Assembly: GCA_945861645.1 (NCBI GenBank)
Contig: CAMAVZ010000011.1
Coordinates: 1 to 54,939 of the forward strand
Direction: 5' to 3'
DNA: 54,939 bases
DNA from: Opitutus sp. GAS368
Lineage (GTDB): Bacteria; Verrucomicrobiota; Verrucomicrobiia; Opitutales; Opitutaceae
The notes under the pieces: generated by a model
What the model saw: the letters and a program-made list of their open reading frames with translations, nothing else
What the model was told of the DNA's origin: nothing
Databases searched by the model: none
Part shown: positions 48,357-54,939 of the stretch, in pieces
Layout: each line of letters begins with the position of its first letter
Position numbering within the stretch: position 1 is the stretch's first letter
Program-made: the position numbers and the translations under genes

Positions 48357-48872
48357 TTACGGTTTATCGATGGCTTGGCGCATGGCTTTGGCTTGCGCGG
48401 GGTCGATGGCCTCAGTGACTTGCGCGAGGTGCTGCACGTCAGCGGCCATCTGATCTTTTTTGGCGCGTTCATATTCTTCGCGAGCGCGGTCGGCGGCGGA
48501 CGTGCCAAAGAGCGGGAGGGTGTAGCGATTGAGAATATTGCGATCGAGGGAACTCAATTTGTCGCGCGCGAGTTTCTCATTAAACGCTTTCGTGGTCAGG
48601 CTGATGTCGGGCGTGAGTCGCGGGCGCTGCTTGGGCGACACTTTCATCTTGGGCAATTCAATCACATCTGGATTCGGGGCGTTGGCTGGTTGCGCCTCCG
48701 CCACGGGCTGCGGCGGCGAATATTTTGGCAGCGCCGCCGTGATTGATTGGGTGACCGATGCAGAAACCTTTGGCGCTGCGGTCGGCGGCGTGGCGGCCGT
48801 AGCCTCCTGGGCGCGCAGCCAGATCGGAGCGGCGGCGAGCAGGAGAATCAGCGTGAGGCTGAGGTAGCGCAT
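48357..48872 (-). CDS. Hypothetical exported protein
   Basis: Signal peptide MRYLSLTLILLLAAA; co-oriented within operon. Confidence 0.65.
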   Translation of the reverse strand: MRYLSLTLILLLAAAPIWLRAQEATAATPPTAAPKVSASVTQSITAALPKYSPPQPVAEAQPANAPNPDVIELPKMKVSPKQRPRLTPDISLTTKAFNEKLARDKLSSLDRNILNRYTLPLFGTSAADRAREEYERAKKDQMAADVQHLAQVTEAIDPAQAKAMRQAIDKP

Positions 48873-48888
48873 AAAATAGCGGGGCGCA

Positions 48889-49899
48889 TTAGGCGCCGGC
48901 CAGAGCCGCGGCTTGGCTCCGCAGGCGCGGCCAATGTAAATCGGGGATCGTTGCACCCAGATGCTGCACCGTTTCAGAACCGAGCAGCGAACCAATGGCG
49001 CCCGCGGCCGGTAAGCTCAAGCCGCGTAAATAACCGGAGAGAAATCCCGCCGCCCAAGCATCGCCGGCGCCGGTGGTGTCGACGACCTGCGCCGCGGGGA
49101 CGGGGGCGATGCGATGTAATTGCGCCCCGTGTGCGATCCAGGCGCCGTCTTTGCCCATCTTCACGGCCGCAATACCGCCGTAGCTCGCTAGTTTTTTGGC
49201 CAGGCTATCGTAACTGGATGTGGTGTCCTGGAAGAGCGCGCGAATTTCATCTTCATTGGCGAAGATCACGGCGACGCCTTGCTTGATTTGGGCCAAGAGC
49301 CAATCGCGCGCGACGTTCGCTACTTCGAAGGAGGCGAGGTCGATGCTGAGGGTGCAACCGGCGGCGCGAGCGGTCGCGACAACTTTTTCGCCGAGGGCTG
49401 GATTGAACATCAAATAGCCTTCGATGTGCGCATGGCGCGCTCCAACAAAATCAGCCCCGGTGACCTCAGCCGGACTCAACGTCATGGCGGCGCCCAGATG
49501 CGTGCGCAGCGTGCGTTGGCCATCAGGTGTCACGAGAGAGAGACAGCGACCATTGGGTAGGGTCGCGTGCTTGAAGCGCGAGATATCGCCGCCCGCAGCG
49601 AGGAAATTATCGCGGTAATCCTTCGCCGTGATGTCGCCGCCGATCTTGCCCAGATACGTCGTGCGCAAGCCCAGGCGGGTGGCGCCGAGCGTCGTGTTAG
49701 CCGCGGATCCGCCGGGGGTGATGGCGAGACCGGTGCCGCCGAGCTGAGCGACGAGCTGGATAATATCTTGGTCATCGACGAGGACCATGCCGCCCTTGTC
49801 GCCGGTGACATGGGTCGTCAGGAAAGCTTCTGGAACTTGGGCCAGCAGATCCATAATGGGATTGCCGACGCCAATCAGGTCAAAGGAAGGATAAGACAC
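48889..49899 (-). CDS. PfkB family carbohydrate/adenosine kinase
   Basis: PGGSAAN, FANEDE, DTTGAGDAWAAG. Confidence 0.92.
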   Translation of the reverse strand: MSYPSFDLIGVGNPIMDLLAQVPEAFLTTHVTGDKGGMVLVDDQDIIQLVAQLGGTGLAITPGGSAANTTLGATRLGLRTTYLGKIGGDITAKDYRDNFLAAGGDISRFKHATLPNGRCLSLVTPDGQRTLRTHLGAAMTLSPAEVTGADFVGARHAHIEGYLMFNPALGEKVVATARAAGCTLSIDLASFEVANVARDWLLAQIKQGVAVIFANEDEIRALFQDTTSSYDSLAKKLASYGGIAAVKMGKDGAWIAHGAQLHRIAPVPAAQVVDTTGAGDAWAAGFLSGYLRGLSLPAAGAIGSLLGSETVQHLGATIPDLHWPRLRSQAAALAGA

Positions 49900-49959
49900 G
49901 GTGAGGAGACGTTAGAATTAGGCAGGAATGATGGGCGAGTTCGTTCGAGGGCGGTCTGC

Positions 49960-50340
49960 TCAGCTGACGATCAGGTTAGTGGCGAGGATCGGTTCATCAT
50001 CGACCTCGATCAGAATAGAATATTCCCCCGGCTGATCGAAACTCAAATTGCGGAGTTCGTTGATGAGATTAATGCGGTGCAGGGGGCTCTGGGATTCGAA
50101 TTCGCGGTGGAGGAGTTCGCCCGGATTAGTGGGATCCAGGCCCATCGACATCTTGATCATGTGTTTTCCGGGCTGGACATCCGTCAGCGTTAAAAACCAC
50201 ACCATATAAGGGTGCACGACCGGAAAGGAGCGGGCTTGGATATTAGAGAAAACGCCGAGGATGGTGTGCTTACCGGAGGCAGGGTCGATGTGGACCCCAT
50301 CGCACGTAATCCAAGTGAGAAGAGAAGGTTTCGAACGCAC
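49960..50340 (-). CDS. Conserved hypothetical protein (DUF6941-like)
   Basis: CDGVHIDPASGKHTILGVF...FDQPGEYSI; GTG start assumed. Confidence 0.65.
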   Translation of the reverse strand: MRSKPSLLTWITCDGVHIDPASGKHTILGVFSNIQARSFPVVHPYMVWFLTLTDVQPGKHMIKMSMGLDPTNPGELLHREFESQSPLHRINLINELRNLSFDQPGEYSILIEVDDEPILATNLIVS

Positions 50341-50419
50341 AGCCAAACCATGGCTTGGCGGATAAATGCGGCAAACTATTTTGCAGGGGAAAGCGGCTAG
50401 GATCGAACTCGAGCAAGCG

Positions 50420-51022
50420 GGCAGCCACAAAAAGCGTAGAAGGCATTTTTAACCACGAAGGGCACGAAGTGACGCGAAGGGGGGAAGGAAAAGATGAAAG
50501 CGGGAAAGTAGAAAATCGGGAAACTCGGAATCGGCCCGATAACCTCTGACCTCTGACCGATAACCTCTAACCTCTCACCTTTCGCCTCTCGCCTCAAGCC
50601 TGCGATCAGCCACAAAAGGCGCAAAAGGCGCAGAATCGACCAAGGCAGAGCGGCGGAAAAAGATGAAAGGGGGAAAGTAGAAAATTGGGAAACTCGGAGT
50701 CGGTCTTTAATCCAGATCGTATCCGTGCCGTGTTCCCTTAGCGCCCGGTGGGCACCCGCTGCGGTCACCCCTGCTCCCGCTGCTGCGGGATTAGGGGCCA
50801 CGCCTGAGGCGTGACCATCTCCGCGCTACAGCGCTCCGTCCGTGGTTAAATTAGTTTGGATTGATTGTACCGAGACGTTTTTGACCACGGATGGGAGCAG
50901 GATGGGAACAGGATGGATCCAATGCACAGCGGCGGAATTTTTAACCGCGAAGGGCACGAAGTGACGCGCAGGGTTCGGACTTAAACCTTAAAACTTAAAC
51001 CTTACAACTTAGCCCTTAAACC
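50420..51022. repeat. Intergenic repeat mosaic
   Basis: TTTAACCACGAAGGG nonamer units, GAAAAGATGAAA units, CTGACCT heptamers, 154 bp element, CTTAAAC heptamers. Confidence 0.85.
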
Positions 51023-51101
51023 TGCGTTGGTGCAGGTTCTTTGCGGGTCTATTGGTTGAACGAAGTTACGATCGGGTCACCTTTTTCTTGTGTATGGTTA
51101 G

Positions 51102-52724
<1,623 letters not shown>

Positions 52725-52831
52725 GGTAGGTTGGCGGGTGCGGTGATGGGATGATCGCCTGGGGGGCAAGGGCCGCGAAGAATCGGCTCGTCGGGCACGC
52801 CTCGCTCACTCATCCTGCTGACCAACGCCCC

Positions 52832-53626
52832 ATGCTCTTCAACTCTAAGAAACTGCTCCTGATTGCCGGTCCGTGCTCGCTCGAAAATGAAAAGGTCTGT
52901 CGCGCTGCCGCCACCACCCTCACGAAACTCGCGAAAAAACACCCAGAGCTAACGATTGTTTTTAAAGGGTCCTTCGATAAAGCCAACCGGACCTCGTTGG
53001 GCAATGCGCGGGGCCCCGGGATCGATGCAGGGCTCGCGCTGCTGGCCTTGATGAAAAAAGATTATGGCTTTCCGGTGCTCACTGATTTTCACGAGCGGCA
53101 GCAAGCGACCGCCGTCGGGCAGGTGTGTGACGTGCTGCAGATTCCCGCATTTCTTTGTCGGCAAACCGACTTGCTGCTAGCGGCGGCGGCGACGGGCCGA
53201 GTCGTCAATGTTAAGAAAGGCCAATTTCTCTCTCCGTCAGAAATGGAATTTGTCGTCAGCAAACTCCGTCAAGGTTCCGCCAAGGAAATTTGGCAGACCG
53301 AGCGTGGCACCACGTTTGGTTATCAAAATCTCGTCGTCGATATGCGCTCCTTTGGGCCAATGAAGGCGCTTGGAACGCCGGTGATCTTCGATGCCACGCA
53401 CAGCGTGCAACAGCCCGGAGCCGCGGGCGGCAAGACCGGCGGACGCCGAGAATTTGTGCCGCCGCTGGCCCGCGCGGCCTTAGCGGCTGGCGCCGATGGA
53501 CTCTTTATTGAAACGCATCCGCAACCGGAGCGGGCCATTTCAGACGGGCCCAATCAAATCCCGACGGCAGAATTGCCCGCCCTGATCGCCTCCTGCCTAG
53601 CCGTGTGGCACGCGGTGCGGGAATAG
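52832..53626 (+). CDS. kdsA: KDO 8-phosphate synthase
   Basis: [38 protein letters not shown]. Confidence 0.97.
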   Translation: MLFNSKKLLLIAGPCSLENEKVCRAAATTLTKLAKKHPELTIVFKGSFDKANRTSLGNARGPGIDAGLALLALMKKDYGFPVLTDFHERQQATAVGQVCDVLQIPAFLCRQTDLLLAAAATGRVVNVKKGQFLSPSEMEFVVSKLRQGSAKEIWQTERGTTFGYQNLVVDMRSFGPMKALGTPVIFDATHSVQQPGAAGGKTGGRREFVPPLARAALAAGADGLFIETHPQPERAISDGPNQIPTAELPALIASCLAVWHAVRE

Positions 53627-53975
53627 TTTTAAAGGGTAAAAGGGATGCGCTGGGGCTGGGGTCAGAGGTCAGAGGTGAGAGGTCAGGGGTCAGAGGTGAG
53701 AGGTCAGAGGTTAGAGGTTATAGGTCATGGGTTATCGTGCCGACTCCGAGTTTCCCAATTTTCTACTTTCCCGCTTTCATCTTTTCCGCCCTGCCTTAGC
53801 CGATTTTTGTGTTTCTGGTGTTTTTTGTGGCTGATCGTAGGCTCGAGGCGAGAGGCGGCACCATTTTAAGTTTTAAGCCCGAATCCTTCGCGTCACTTCG
53901 TGCCCTTCGCGGTTAAAATGTCTTGGTCGATTCTGCGCCTTCTGCGCTTTTTCCGCCCAGGCTTACGGAAGAATT
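53626..53975. repeat. Intergenic repeat mosaic (reverse orientation)
   Basis: GAGGTCA heptamer run 53657-53735; reverse complement of modules at 37660-37790 and 50420-50700. Confidence 0.85.
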
Positions 53976-53980
53976 AAGGA

Positions 53981-54733
53981 TTATTTCTGCAGCTCGTGGC
54001 TTAAGATACTTAACGCGTAAATGGCGGCAGTGTCGCTGCGCAGAACCAGCGGCCCCAAGGTGATCGGCAGGAAGCCGTGGGTGATGGCTTGAGTCATTTC
54101 GCTGGGAGAAAAATCTCCTTCGGGGCCAATGAGCCACAGCACGCGTCGTGGGCGGGCGCCCTGGCGCAATTGATACTGGTGGAGGACGTCGGGTAGGGGA
54201 GTGGCGCCGGCGTGCAAGCTCGCGATGAGTTTGAGGTCAAAGTCTTGGGCGGTGATCAGCCAGCTGCTTAAATTTTGCACCGAGGCTATTTCCGGCAGCC
54301 AAGGATTGCCGCATTGCTTGGCGGCCTCGATCGCGGTGGTGCGCCATTTCTCTACCTTTTTCTCGGCGCGCTCAGCATCGAGTTGGACTTGAGTGCGTTC
54401 GCTGAGCAGGGGAATGATGCGCGCGGCGCCGACTTCCGTCGCTTGGCGGACGATATCGTCCATCGTGGCTCCCTTGGGCAGTACTTGCGCGAGCGCGAGG
54501 GCCACGGAACGTGCGGCGGCGGTCGTGAATTTTTTGACGCGGAGAATCGCGGCCGATTTGCTGGCCTCGATGCATTCAGTGATCCACTCGCGGCCGTGAC
54601 CATCGAAGACCACCACGGGATCGCCGCGGCCGCAGCGGTTGACCGTGATCAAATGATGGCTCTCCTCCGCGGGAAGGCGAATTTCCACCGGCTCGCTCTC
54701 AGGCGGCCGGCAATAAGCGCGAAAGTCAGGCAT
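53981..54733 (-). CDS. rsmE: 16S rRNA m3U1498 methyltransferase
   Basis: ATEVGA, EAAKQCG, IGPEGDFS, LGPLVLRSDTA. Confidence 0.93.
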   Translation of the reverse strand: MPDFRAYCRPPESEPVEIRLPAEESHHLITVNRCGRGDPVVVFDGHGREWITECIEASKSAAILRVKKFTTAAARSVALALAQVLPKGATMDDIVRQATEVGAARIIPLLSERTQVQLDAERAEKKVEKWRTTAIEAAKQCGNPWLPEIASVQNLSSWLITAQDFDLKLIASLHAGATPLPDVLHQYQLRQGARPRRVLWLIGPEGDFSPSEMTQAITHGFLPITLGPLVLRSDTAAIYALSILSHELQK

Positions 54734-54842
54734 GCCGATAGAGCTTCATGGATAATCGGCGAGGGTCAACCGTCCGCCGCGGGGCCGATATAAAACGATG
54801 TTTACTTTGCGGGGACGGTGGGTTTCTTTCGCGGGCTGAGAC

Positions 54843-54927
54843 GCCCGGGTGGCGGAATTGGCAGACGCAGTAGACTCAAAATCTACCGACGAAAGTCTTG
54901 TGGGTTCGACCCCCACCCCGGGTACCA
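54843..54927 (+). tRNA. tRNA-Leu (CAA)
   Basis: GCCCGGG/CCCGGGT acceptor stem, anticodon arm GTAGA-CTCAAAA-TCTAC, long variable arm, GGTTCGA T-loop, encoded CCA. Confidence 0.96.
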
Positions 54928-54939
54928 GTTGAGGGCAGG

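Noticed and set aside
54843-54939. Integrative element at tRNA-Leu
   Set aside because: Only 12 nt visible downstream; no duplicate of the tRNA 3' end or integrase noticed in the window

Overview
GC-rich bacterial chromosome segment. Gene content and style suggest Verrucomicrobiota, probably Opitutaceae (inference). Bases 1-13.7 kb form an unusual accessory array: 8 intact toxin-antitoxin pairs (2x hicB-hicA, Phd-VapC, MNT-HEPN, RHH-like-RelE, AbrB-MazF, FitA-VapC, Phd-RelE), orphan or remnant modules (MNT, KilA-N, HigA with only the last residues of HigB, a hicB fragment, an NTase plus small ORF) and a lone wzm. All lie on the minus strand and most have their own compact, apparently leaderless promoter. 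They are separated by mosaics of modular bulged hairpins and 6/7/8/9-nt periodic repeats, and no integrase or transposase is present in the window. The rest is mostly core genome: a TolC/MFP/ABC exporter; an alternative complex III operon (actABCDEF plus a small ActG-like gene) followed by a CcoN homologue lacking most metal-ligand histidines, a CcoO-like cytochrome and a cytochrome c; thioesterase, slyD, ppgK; a MacAB-like exporter; a short asparaginase; a sulfatase-fold protein lacking the catalytic motif; an AsmA-like/DUF4340/GldG/GldF/GldA-like operon; birA, a PfkB kinase, pyrG, kdsA, rsmE and tRNA-Leu(CAA). The same repeat modules recur in core intergenic regions. All family assignments come from motif recognition by eye; no database searches were run.
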